Below, one piece after another: positions 1-11,429 of a stretch of 64,000 nt of DNA. This DNA comes from Octopus bimaculoides. Taxonomy: Eukaryota. The position numbers and the translations under genes are program-made. The stretch covers positions 66,196,672-66,260,671 of the forward strand of contig NC_068983.1 in assembly GCF_001194135.2 (NCBI RefSeq), read 5' to 3'. The notes under the pieces are model-generated. The model was given only the letters and a program-made list of their open reading frames with translations, was not told the DNA's origin and ran no database searches. Position 1 is the stretch's first letter, and every line of letters starts with the position of its first letter.

Positions 1-304
1 ATTGCTAGTAGGCCTTTGAGTTGTTGGTCATTTTTTGCAAAGAGCTTTAAATCATCCATGTAAATGAGATGATTTATATTTTTATCAAATATTTTATAAC
101 CATACTGTGCATCATTGAGCAATTTTGAAAGCGGTATTAGGGCTAGACAGAAGAGAAGTGGTGATAGTGAGTCACCCTGGAAAATGCCACATGAAATTCT
201 TACATCTCCAGCATTTAGAGATTCATTGTCGTTGTTCAACGTCAGTGTGGTTCTCCATGATCTCATACTTACAGATAAAAAGTTTCACAGAGTAGGAGCT
301 ATTT

Positions 305-395
305 TATTCATTATTATTATTATTATTATCATTATTATTATTATTGTTATTGTTATTATTGTTGTTGTTGTTGTTGTTGTTGCTGTTGTTGTTAT
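305..395. repeat. (ATT)n/(GTT)n trinucleotide microsatellite
   Basis: Direct tandem ATT then GTT runs; lies at the 3' end of the minus-strand R4/Dong relic. Confidence 0.95.
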
Positions 396-3350
396 TTATA
401 TTTTACATAAATCTTACATTTACTGTGTGCTTTCACTGCATTACCACATGCAGATCTGTATGACTTGTGTAAGTGCAATGTTTTGTTTTGGTGTTTTCTA
501 TTATTGAAAAGTACTCTATGCAATGCCTAGGGCTTTTTCTTTTATTTTTGCATGTTGTGTATATTGTATGTTGTGGGGTTTTGGCTCTGCAGTTTCTATA
601 ATTATTCTTAAGGCAGAGATTATTACAGAGATTATAAAGATTATTCCTGTTTCCAATCTCCATATTCTGATTATCTCTACTTCTGGATCTTTATATTGCG
701 ATTATGTAACATGTATGGAGTGCTTTGTAAGGCTATTTAGCTTTATAATCTGCATATATTTTTAAGTCCTGGGATTCAGGTTATGTATTTGTCTGCATGT
801 TGTTCAATCATTTCCCAAACTACTATTATGATACAGATTTTTTTTCAATCTCCACATTTTTATTATCTCTCTTTCCAGTTTTTTTATATTTATGTAATTT
901 CTCCACTTCTTTTGGAGTTATATTTTCATCTGTTGGGACTGATGTTTCATTCATGAGTCCCTTCTCTTCCTGGTAGTCTGTGAAAATAACTGGCAAATTA
1001 GCCTTGATCTCTCTATATTTATGGAAATCAGTAAGTATGGTTTGCTTCATCATTCTCTGAATGGTGAGTTTTCATGCCATCTCTTCTCTGTTGGTATTTC
1101 ATAATTCTGGCAAAAATTTTATTGTATGAAAGCCTTCAACTCTGTCATACCTATGTGTAGTTAGAAGCAATGCAGTTAATTGTTTCTTTCCAACCATCAC
1201 ATATTCTCCAATTACTAAATGTATTTCACTTCTTTATATATTTTTAGTAGTTTCTGGCAGGAAAGCTTTGATCTTAGATTCCAATCAAGAATCCTTCTGT
1301 AGTGACTTAAACACCTTTTATCTTTCTTTTGTTGTTTCTAACCCTCTATGGTATTGTTTCAGATGTTGGCCATGTAGTGGTTTTCCTTGCTGTCAATTTT
1401 GCTTAGCATTCAAAAATTACATTTTTATCTTTTTCACAATATCATAACACTGCTATAATTTCTTTTATATGAAAGATTCCAATTCTACAATGCCTGAAGA
1501 GGTAACCAGAAACAATGTGGTTAATTGATTCTTCCAAACTGCTAACTATTCTGCAGTTATTGTTACTTCTTTCTCCTCATAATTGCCTCTGTTGTATATT
1601 TGTAGATTCCTTTAAGACAGAAATATATTTTTGCTCATGGTCTGTTGTTATTTGTATTAATTCTCCAATGTTCTTTATGAGATATTTTCTGTCCTACAGT
1701 GTTTTATAATTCTTCTCTAGGTCTGTAATTCTGCATTCAGGGTTAATAGAATTTTCCTATGTCAGATTTTGAGTGGTGTATTCTAAATCCAATAACTGTT
1801 TTTCTTGTTTTTCTTTCCAGTTTTGCTAATTCATTCAACACACATTTGAAAAAGATCATAACTATAATTTATTTCTATGACATCAAGAGTACTGATGTTC
1901 ATCATAATATTTTTTCATTTAGCTCTTTCTTATGCATCAATCTAATGTTTCTATGATTTTCCTTCCTCACCTTTTCTTCCATTTGTGTGTGATGTACTCT
2001 CTCCAGTTCATTGATTCCTAAGTATTTGTAAATCTGTATTTGGCCTAATTCTCTTATCACTCTCTTTCTTTATCTCACATGATAATAGTGTTCTTAATTA
2101 TTTTTCTTCTCTTCAAGGTTGCCTTAGCACATTTCTCTAATCCAAATCTCTTATCAGTTTCACCAGTATATCTGCATATTGTCTGTAGTAGCACTTCTAA
2201 TTGTTTCTCATTTGCAGAATACTACTTGAGATAGTCCATAAACAAAATTTTCTTGATTGTCCAGCCATAGCATTTGTATCTGAGTCTTGTCTGATTTAAC
2301 ATACTGATTAAAATTGGAACACCAAACAGAGAGGAATAAAGAAAAAGAGTCTTCTTTGAATATTCTCTTTTAACAGAAATGGGTTAAGATTTATAATTCC
2401 CTTATTTTGTACCTTCAAAATTGTTTATCCTTTACTTATGACCTATTAAACGTATCAGCTTATTATTGTTGCTACCTTACTCACAGCTGATGCTTCCAGC
2501 ATTCATGTCTGGGGATATTTTCAAAAACCTTTAGACAGTAAATCCATTCCATACTCAAGTGCAGGCATGGCTGTGTGGCAAGAAGCTTGCTTCCCAACTA
2601 CATGGTCCAGGTTCAGTCCCACTGTGTGGCACCTTGGGCAAGTGTCTTCTACTATAGCCTCAGGTCAGCCAGAGCATTATAAGTGGATTTGGTAGGCAGA
2701 AACTGAAAGAAGCCTGTCATATATGTATGCATGTATTTATGTGTGTGTATCTTTGTATCTGTGTTTGTTCCCTCACCATCGCTTGACAACTGGTGTTGGT
2801 GTGTTTACATCCCTGTAACTTAGTGGATTGGCAAAAGAATCCAATAGGATAAATCCTGGAGGCAATTTCTTTGACTAAAACCCTTCAAGACAGTGCCCCA
2901 GCATGGCTGCAGTCAAATGGCTGAAACAAGTAAACGAATAACAGAATAAAAGTAAATCCATTCCACTCTCAGACCTTTCTTGCTTTTTTTACTGTCTTTT
3001 TTTGGTCATGGCTTTTTTTGTTTAATAGTTGATCTTTACATTCATAAGAGCTTTTGCAACATCCCTTCTACTTCTTTGCAAACAGGTTTTTTTTCCATAT
3101 GGTTATACTCTGTTATATTATTGCCATTGCTGTTTCATAAACTGCAGAGAAGCAAGTTATAAATCTATAGCATTTAGAGTGAGCTGTTTCTTTAGCCTTG
3201 GGGAATAAGATGTATTTTTTTCCTCCCTGTGAATCGGTCAGATATTGCATCAAGCACATTTGGAATAATCCTATTAAACATATTCTCGCATCATGTATCC
3301 CTGCTAAATATATTAATCAGAACATTAGAATATTATCTTTTTAGGGAACT
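396..3350 (-). mobile_element. Degenerate R4/Dong-type non-LTR retrotransposon (RT plus restriction-like endonuclease), interrupted by a SINE
   Basis: Minus-strand remnants in the expected order: ILFPKAKET..CYRFITC, CKDQLL, EWIYCLKVFE (AWIDYxKAFD-like), IFQEDS-like, FMDYLK, FGLEKCAKATLKR, TEGFLIGI*DQS, REIKANLPVIF..KEVEKLHKYK (ORF 826-1053), YKDPEVEIIRIWRL. Many stops and frameshifts. Confidence 0.85.
2552..2950 (+). mobile_element. tRNA-derived CORE-type SINE (octopus OR-like), full length, with TSD
   Basis: A-box-like TGGCTGTGTGG, B-box GGTTCAGTCCC, CORE-like ACCTTGGGCAAGT, internal TA/TG repeat, tail CCCCAGCATGGCTGCAGTCAAATG..GAAACAAGTAAA; 15-bp direct repeat AGTAAATCCATTCCA at 2537-2551 and 2951-2965. 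Confidence 0.9.
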
Positions 3351-3843
3351 TTCTGATGAATGTGATGGTGTGGTGACAATACCAGTGACAACAGTAATAG
3401 TGGTGATGATGATGATGAGCTTGCTGGTATAATCTATATTACATTTTCAAAAGCTGGGTTTGTCATCCATGTTAGGTCACATATTGGGAGGCCAACATAC
3501 GATGCTTGCATCCATGCTGTTCTGATAGCCTCAGTTAAATACTACTCTATTTATGTGCAAAGTTTGCACATCTACTGCTAGGTTGAGCATCTATTTTGGG
3601 ATGAATGCACAAGAGCAGAGCTGCAGTTGATGTGATTATTAACAAAGTACGTAGCTACATTTGTCCCCAAAATTCTAAACAAAATCAACGTTAGATAATC
3701 ACCTGAGGGCCTATAGAAGAAATGCTGTCAGACATGTTACAGTCATATGACTGCAATAAAAAAGTGGTCATACTTGAAATCTAGTTGATTACCAATATCT
3801 CTCTATATATATGTGTGTGCACATGTGTGTGTCTGTGCGTGTA

Positions 3844-4732
3844 TGTGGTTTGATCAATAAGTATCCGGACTGTTGCCATATTAATGGAACTAAAGCATGC
3901 AGAGTGAAGCTGCTTGGCACAGATTGACATTAAACTCGTCTGTGCATGCACACTAAGATTTAACATTCTAAATCACTTCTACTATTTACAGCAGTGCTTG
4001 GAAGGAAGGCGTGTAGCATGTGATTGTTGCAGTCACCATGACAGAGAAAGTTGAACAGAGAGTCTACATCAAATTTTGTCAAAAACTTGGCAACATCTGC
4101 TCAGAAGCCTACACAAAGTTTTCAAAAAGTTTTCATCATTCTCAACACAATGAAGGAGATCTTGTGCAACTGAGAACTGAGTGTCGTCTTGGTTAGCTGA
4201 AAGCAGTTCTGGCACAAACTTGGCAAACATATGTCTCATACCCAAATCTTCAGTAATAATGGTCTGAACTGAACCGTAACTAATTTCCACATCCTCTGAT
4301 AACTCACAAATGATGATTCAACGTTTTCCCTTCACAGCTGCACCTACATCTATGATGTTTTTCTGAGTTCTGCTGGTTGCAGGTCTCCCAGAATGTTTGT
4401 CAGTATTTTTCAGCCAACTTGGAAACGTCTGAACCAGTCGTTCACTTGTGTGTAGCTCATACACTCCACTCCATACACTTTCTGGAATTTCGTGTAGGCA
4501 TCTGAGCAGGTATTGCCATAACAACTTCCTCTGTCATGGTTAATGCGACGATCACACACTACACGCCTTTTTTCTATCAAGCCCTGTTGTAAACAGTGGA
4601 GGTGAGATAGAATGTTAAAATTTAATGTGTGCACAGCAGAGTTCAATGTCAATTTTTGTCAAGCAGTTTCACTCTACATGCTTTAGCTTTGTTACTATGG
4701 CAACGGTCCGGATACTTATTGATCAGACTTTG
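3844..4732. mobile_element. Non-autonomous mariner derivative made of two inverted 5' (left) ends
   Basis: TIR core TGATCAATAAGTATCCGGAC at both ends, TA at 3842-3843. Plus arm encodes MTEKVEQRVYIKFCQKLGNICSEAYTKF from 4038; minus arm encodes the transposase N-terminus from 4537 (..VYGVECMSYTQVNDWFRRF.., HSGRPATS, ..TEDLGMR..AKFVP..NDENFLK). Confidence 0.9.
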
Positions 4733-4736
4733 TGTG

Positions 4737-4782
<46 letters not shown>

Positions 4783-4799
4783 ACTTAAATCTGGCTGAC

Positions 4800-5750
4800 C
4801 CCTAAGGGTGGATGTTACTCGAGTCCGTATGTATTGCACGGAGATATTCACTTCAGGACTTCAAGAAATTGTGGGAATATTGCCAAGAGGTGTATGCTTA
4901 CTTTTGTAGACCTTGAGAAGGCATAAAACTGCATGACACTGGACATGCTATGGAGGCTTTTGCAGGTGTTTGGAACTAGCAGGCAACTTCTGGTTGCACA
5001 GAAGCCTCACAGTTCTTGAGCTAAGTTGTACTCAACAATTTTTCTACATTTCTTTTCCAGACAGCTAACATAGACTTTGCTGGAGAGGCTCAACAAGAAG
5101 ATTCCTCTATAAATAGAGAACTCTCTCTTGCCTCTCTTTTAAAAAAAAATAGGGAATATTATCCCTAACTGCCATTGGTTTGGTGTCTTTCTAGATGTCC
5201 AAGTCACCCAGCATACATGAGTCAACCAGAGAATACCTTCTATGCATAAGGTTTTTAACATCTCAGGCTGAATTTCATCCTGCCCAGCAGCCTTTCGACA
5301 TTTGGGCAATTTAAATGCTTCTGTGACATCAGCCTCTGCAAGGTTTGTCTTCACCCCTGGATGCACTCTGTGTCCACCAGAAGATTTTATCATGACAGAT
5401 TTAGGAGATCAGCAAAATATTCTCTTCACCTCCCAAGAATGCTCTTCTCTACAGAGAGAAGAACCCCAGCTGAGTTCATAATGGTAGATGTGGAAGAGGG
5501 TTTCTTGTTACGAAATCGGTGGATAATCTGTCGGAATACTTTATTAGCCAATCTGAAGTCCAAGTTCAGCTTAACCCAAAGTCTTTCTATGACTCCTCTA
5601 CCTGAGATTTGAATGCATTCCTTGTAAACTCACACAAAAAATGATGTGGTGTGGTTGTTCTTTTAAATCCCCTTCACATTGAAGTTCTTGGTGGTCTTAT
5701 TCATGCAAGGCACCAAGCTAGTGTTTGCATTTGACTCAAACAGTGTTCCC
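4800..5750 (-). mobile_element. Degenerate RTE-clade LINE RT fragment with an internal inversion
   Basis: Minus: KAAGQDEIQPEMLK..WQLGIIFPIF..YRGIFLLSLSSKVY..GFCATRS; plus (4838-4982): WEY..FVDLEKA*..LWRLL. Confidence 0.85.
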
Positions 5751-5786
5751 TTGCTTCTTTTTCTTAGCACTTAGCACTGCACCACT

Positions 5787-5953
5787 GCATATATATCATA
5801 TATTTATGCATGTGTATGTATGTATATATATATGAATATACATATATATATATAAAGAGAGAGAGAGAGAGATGCATGTGTACGTAAATATATATNNNNN
5901 NNNNNNNNNNNNNNNNNNNNNNNNNNNNNNNNNNNNNNNNNNNNNNNNNNNNN

Positions 5954-6038
<85 letters not shown>

Positions 6039-6050
6039 ATATTACATATG

Positions 6051-6104
<54 letters not shown>
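5787..6104. repeat. Compound microsatellite (TA, GA, gap, GATA, CATA, TG)
   Basis: Direct tandem runs around an N gap. Confidence 0.95.
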
Positions 6105-6107
<3 letters not shown>

Positions 6108-6423
6108 GTTTAGTCTTGCCAAACTACACAGACCTTATCCACTTATATGCCAAACAAACTTTCAGTCTTTACCCCTTCTACTACCAACCACACAACACTA
6201 TTCCTTCCACTTTTGCATTACTCTTTCATTGCTACTCTGTCTGCTATCACCACCACCTCTGTATTCTCTGCCAAACATTATCTTTCCACTGTATTTAGCA
6301 CTAAATTACTTTCGGCACTTAAACTACATCCCACTCTCCACAGCTAACACACTTATACACACAAGTAAACACACTTACACACACAAACACACACACACAC
6401 ACATTTTCTCTCTTTCTTTCATC

Positions 6424-6457
<34 letters not shown>

Positions 6458-7130
6458 CTCTCTCTCTTTCTTTCCCTTTCAGGCTTTGCTGTCTTTCTCC
6501 CTTTCATCTTTTAGTGTGTGTGTGTATGCATGTGTGTGTGTGAACCTGGGGAGGTATATACAGAGACACAGGCAAACAGACAGAGAGGGTGAAAGAGAAC
6601 TACATTTCGTTTTACAAATGGGAGTAAGAGAACTCAATACATCCACAGAGTTTATGTAATTTTTAGTGTGATAAGTGTTTCACATGAAATTCAAAGCCTT
6701 TGAGTCACCTTTGTAGTAATCTCAACTAATAAAGTTAGTGTGTATGTGTACACATGATTGTGTATGTGTACACATGATTGTGTATGTGCACATGTGTGTG
6801 TTATGGTATATGAGTGTATATAATTTATTTTTATTTGGTCAAAAGAGTAAGGTCATCTATAATCTTTGTAAACCCTCTCACGCAGGTAAGATTGACATGG
6901 TCGATACTCTTTATTCACTTGATATCAGTAGAAAAGTTGTAGGTTAGATGAGGATTCTGAAGAGAAGAACATTTCTGGGAGAAAAACTTGGTGATTTGCT
7001 TACTGCAAAATCTGATGAGAAAAAAACACCCATTAAAGACGATAGAGTGGATGAGAGGCAGGTTCATCAGATAGACATGAGAAGTAGTTTATTGAGGCTG
7101 CTCATTCAGAGGAATGATTACCATTGTAGT

Positions 7131-7775
7131 CATCATCATCATCATCATCATCATCGTCGTCGTTTAACGTCCGCTTTCCATGCTAGCATGGGTTGGACGA
7201 TTTGACTGAGGACTGATGAAACCAGATGGCTACACCAAGCTCCAATCTGATTTGGCAGAGTTTCTACAGCTGGATGCCCTTCCTAACGCCAACCACTCCG
7301 AGAGTGTAGTGGGTGCTTTTACGTGCCACTGGCACGAAGGCCAGTCAGGCGGTACTAGCAACAGCCACGCTCAAAATGGTATATTTTACGTGCCACCCGC
7401 ACAAGAGCCAGTCCAGCGACACTGGCAATGATCTCGCTCGAAAGTCCTTACACATGCCACAGGCACAAGTGCCAGAAAGGCGACTCTGGGCACAGGTGCC
7501 ATCACGATTTCGCTTTCGCTTGCCCCAACAGGTCTTCGCAAGCCAAGTTTTGTGTTCAATGAAGGAGACGACGTTGGCATGGGTGCCAGTCATCGACTTT
7601 AGTTCAATTTCGATTTCACTTCCCTCAACAGGTCTTCGCAAGCGGAGTTTAGTGTCCAATGAAGGAAAGGAACACGTAAGTGGGCTGGCTACACCCCTGG
7701 CAGAGGCCTTGGATTTAGGTCTCACTTGGCTTGCCGGATCTTCTCACGCACAGCATATTTCCAAAGGTCTCAGTC
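7131..7775 (-). mobile_element. RTE LINE 3' end (ORF terminus, long 3'UTR, (GAT)n tail), little decayed
   Basis: (CAT)n followed by TTTAACGTCCGCTTTCCATGCTAGCATGGGTTGGACG; CAAAGGTCTC/GCACAGCATAT matches the ORF end of longer copies at 10.4, 56.6 and 61.7 kb; CpGs intact. Confidence 0.88.
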
Positions 7776-9416
7776 AGAAGTCTGTTAGAAAAAGTAAAGA
7801 GGAGAAACAACACATTTGGGTTCTAATGTGTTCTTGAAGTGTATTAAGAAATGAGTTTCAGATGATCAATCAGATGATTCTAGAATTGAAAAGTCGATAG
7901 GGGATTGGGGCATATATCATGACAGAACATCTTATCCAAGAAAATAAAGACTGTTGTAGCGCATTCAGATAATTTGGCTTGAACTAATATGTATGCTATA
8001 GTGTATGTAACATAGAGTATAGAAAATCTTTGATCAGCAAAGTAAATTCAGATAATTAATAAGAGAGGAGTTACCTTGAATAATCTCAGTTCATTGCCAT
8101 TTTCAAGACTCTATCATATTTGCCTTTAGTATGCAGAATGCTTGTCAAAGGTATTTTCCCCTTATCCATAGTGTTAGCCAGAACTACCCAATGTAGTTCT
8201 GTATTTCCAGTTACTGTATGCAGCTGTTTGTTCTTCTACAAATAGCAACCAAATTATCCTATGGTCTTTAATATGGTCTGATTGCATAATGTGACAGGGG
8301 TACAATAAATCTTAGCTCCAGGTGATAGAGAATTTCAAAATAGTCCTGACACGGAGATAAAAAAAAACATAAAAATCTTTTAAGTTACTACAAAACAAAT
8401 GTCAGACATCATAATTTCAGTTATTGTATCATCATAAATCTAAGATTGTAAAAACTGCTTTACAAAAGCTAAGGTTCCTCTTTAGAAGTTAGTATGAATT
8501 TCAGCCCTGATGACTTGTTATCCATCTATCAGAATTAATGAAATTATTAACGCATATGATTAAATTCGTAATGGTATATAGTTGCAATATTTTATGTATT
8601 AAGTTTAAATTTTGCCAAGGTCAATCACCTTTCTTCTTTCCAGGATTGATAAAATAAAATCCCAGTCATGTACTAAGGTTGAATTATATTAATCCTAGAT
8701 GTAAAAATGTAAGTGGAATTATATTAGAATAATGAAGTTGAAGTAAGGCCAATACTGGAATACTGTTTATATCAATAAGGTAATTCTGATGTAACACTCA
8801 CTAACATTCTAAATTGCATACAAAACAAGGCTATTTAATTGGTTTGTATTGATTCAGTCTCCATTGGGAACTGATCTATCTCAAATACTAATAAAATAAA
8901 AACCTCACAATGACTTAGGGAGCTCTTGGAATTTCATGCAGGCCAATCACTAAATCAAATATTAAACAACTACAATTAAAGAAGGCTTGAACAGAACCAA
9001 CATAGTTTATTTACTGGAAATGAGTTTCAAACAAACACGAAGCTGCAAAGGTATTCAAATTGTTCATAATAGTTCTAACTCAATCCTAAATTACCAAATG
9101 GTACATAATATTCCACCTAAAAGTTTTATCTGATCTCCCATCGTATTTGGTCTTGGCTTTAAGTGAATGAGACACATTGAATAAGCATATCCAAAAGCTT
9201 GACATGAGATAGAACTAGATCAAGTGAGGCCAGAAGGGAAAAGTGATACTGCACAGTTGCATTTTTGTGAATCTAGGATCTCATCGCTATCAAATGACTC
9301 CTTAAAGCAATGTGAAAATTATGTGTGTGTGTGTCTGTGTTTGAGCATATATGTATGTTTGTATGTATGTAAATATATGGGTATGTAGGTAGTTAGGTAG
9401 GTTGGGAGGGAGCGAA

Positions 9417-9420
<4 letters not shown>

Positions 9421-9511
<91 letters not shown>
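9421..9511. repeat. (GA)n microsatellite
   Basis: Perfect GA run of about 90 bp. Confidence 0.97.
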
Positions 9512-9515
<4 letters not shown>

Positions 9516-9894
9516 GGAAGGTAGACTGATAAGTTGGTATGTATGTACATAATGTATGTATATAAACAGATGTGGCTAGATAGATTAAATATATCATCAT
9601 TATCATTTTACTTCTATTTTCCATACTGGAAAGGATCAGACAGTTTGAAAGAAACTGGCGGACCAAAAGATCATGTTTTGCTTTAATGTCTCAGTTTTGG
9701 CGTAATTTCTATTGCTGGATGCCCTTCCTAACATCAAGTAATAGCATTACTGAGTGCATTACAGAGTGTTCTTTCCATGACACCACCACTATAGAGGTCG
9801 CCTAACAACTCACATAAATAAAGACCCCCCCCCCATTACTGAAAGAGAGAAAGATAGAAGAGGGGGAGAGATGACTTTAAGCTAGGTATTGAAA

Positions 9895-10656
9895 GAAGTT
9901 AAAGTGTGATGGGGTTGGCTAGAGATGAGAGTATAGTTGCTACAATAAGAATAGGGTGGGCAAAGTTCAGAGAGCTCTTACCTCTGTAGGTAACAAAGGG
10001 CTTCTTTGCGAAACACAGACTGTATGATGCCTGTGTGCAAATAGCCATGTTACATGGCAATGAAACATTGGCTGTGACCATCGAAGACATGCATAGGCTT
10101 GAAAGAAATGAAGCTAGTATGCTTTGCTGGATGTGTAATATCAGTGTGCATGCACAACAGAGTCTAAACGTCTTGAGAGAAAAGTTGGGCATAAGAAGCA
10201 TCAGATGCAGTGCACAAGAGATACAACTATACTTGTATGGTCATGTGATGTGTATGAATGAGGACAGCTGTGTGAAGAAATGTAGCACTCTAGCAATAGA
10301 GGAATCTTGTGAAAGAAGCAGACCCAGGAAGATATGAAATGAGGTGGTGAAGCATGATCTTTGAATGTTGGGCCTCACAGAGGCAATGACAAGTGATCGA
10401 GGCCTTTGGGGATATGTTATGATTGAGAAGACCCATCAAGCCAAGTGAGATTGGCTGATGCCGGTGTCATGTAACTGGCTCTAGTGCTGGTGGTATGGAA
10501 AAAGCACCCACTACACTCTTGGAGTGGTTGGTGTTAGGAAGTGTATCAAGCTGTAGAAAACATACCAAATCAGAATGGAACCTGATGCAGCTCCCCAGCT
10601 AACCAGTTTTCAGAGAAACCATCCAACCCTTTCCAGCATGGGAAAATGGACATTAA

Positions 10657-10698
<42 letters not shown>
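9895..10698 (+). mobile_element. 5'-truncated RTE LINE (C-terminal ORF, 3'UTR, (GAT)n tail)
   Basis: RIGWAKFRELLPL..RLYDACVQIAMLHGNETLA..RLERNEASMLCWMC..LREKLGI..YGHVMCM..RPRK; tail ..CATGGGAAAATGGACATTAAAT(GAT)n. Confidence 0.9.
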
Positions 10699-10699
<1 letters not shown>

Positions 10700-11257
10700 G
10701 AGGGTGATAATGGAGGGAGTAACAAACAAGACACTGTTGGAATTAGGGATTAAGTAAAGAGACAAAAGAAAGGGAAGGGAGAAAGATTACCGCAGAGGAG
10801 GGAGATAGAGTTATAAGGCATGTTTATAATTTCCACACCAAGTGTGGCTGGAAACACAAATCACAAACGGTATGTATGAAACAAACTAGTGGCACTTTTA
10901 TGCGCAAGTATACTTAACTTTAAACGATCAAGATGCATTTTAGTGTAGTCTGAGATTATTCATTTAAAAATGGCATTCAAAAAGAGAAAGCTGCAAAACT
11001 TAAGGAAACAATTGCATTACTTAGAGTAGGGGTATTCACTCTAACAATTTTACCGACTCACCCATCTTTTCCCAAATTCACTGGGAGGTAGCACTTCCCT
11101 CTCCACCCTCACTTACCTATCCAAGTGGAACTTAAAAAGTCAATGAGGGCTTCACCAAAGAGGAAGGTGTCTTTTTTCAATACTTTCAGCCTTGCCCACC
11201 ACACAACCTCTTCCACCCTAGCCACTAGAGGAACACACCTGCTCTACCATGTTAAAA

Positions 11258-11368
11258 GTGGTGGTGGTGGTGGTGGTGATGGCGGCGGCGGCGGCCGTGG
11301 TGGGTGCGGCGGCGGCGGCAGTAGTAGCAGCAGCAGCATCAGCAGTAGCAATAGTAGTAGTAGTAGTG

Positions 11369-11427
<59 letters not shown>
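11258..11427. repeat. Compound trinucleotide microsatellite (GGT/GGC/AGC/AGT)
   Basis: Direct tandem runs; abuts the 5' end of an R4/Dong relic. Confidence 0.95.
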
Positions 11428-11428
<1 letters not shown>

Positions 11429-11429
11429 A

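Noticed and set aside
115-507. 130-aa ORF with poly-Ile/Val
   Set aside because: Translation of the ATT/GTT microsatellite, antisense to an R4 relic; no domain.
1494-1520. CTGAAGA-GGTAACCA-GAAAC hammerhead-like words
   Set aside because: Lies antisense within the R4/Dong ORF relic; no stem I and no valid NUH triplet.
6948-7205. 85-aa ORF ending in poly-His
   Set aside because: The His run is the antisense (CAT)n RTE tail; the rest has no recognisable motif or splice support.
7313-7837. 174-aa ORF
   Set aside because: Antisense reading of a GC-rich RTE 3'UTR; the same peptides recur at every RTE tail copy.
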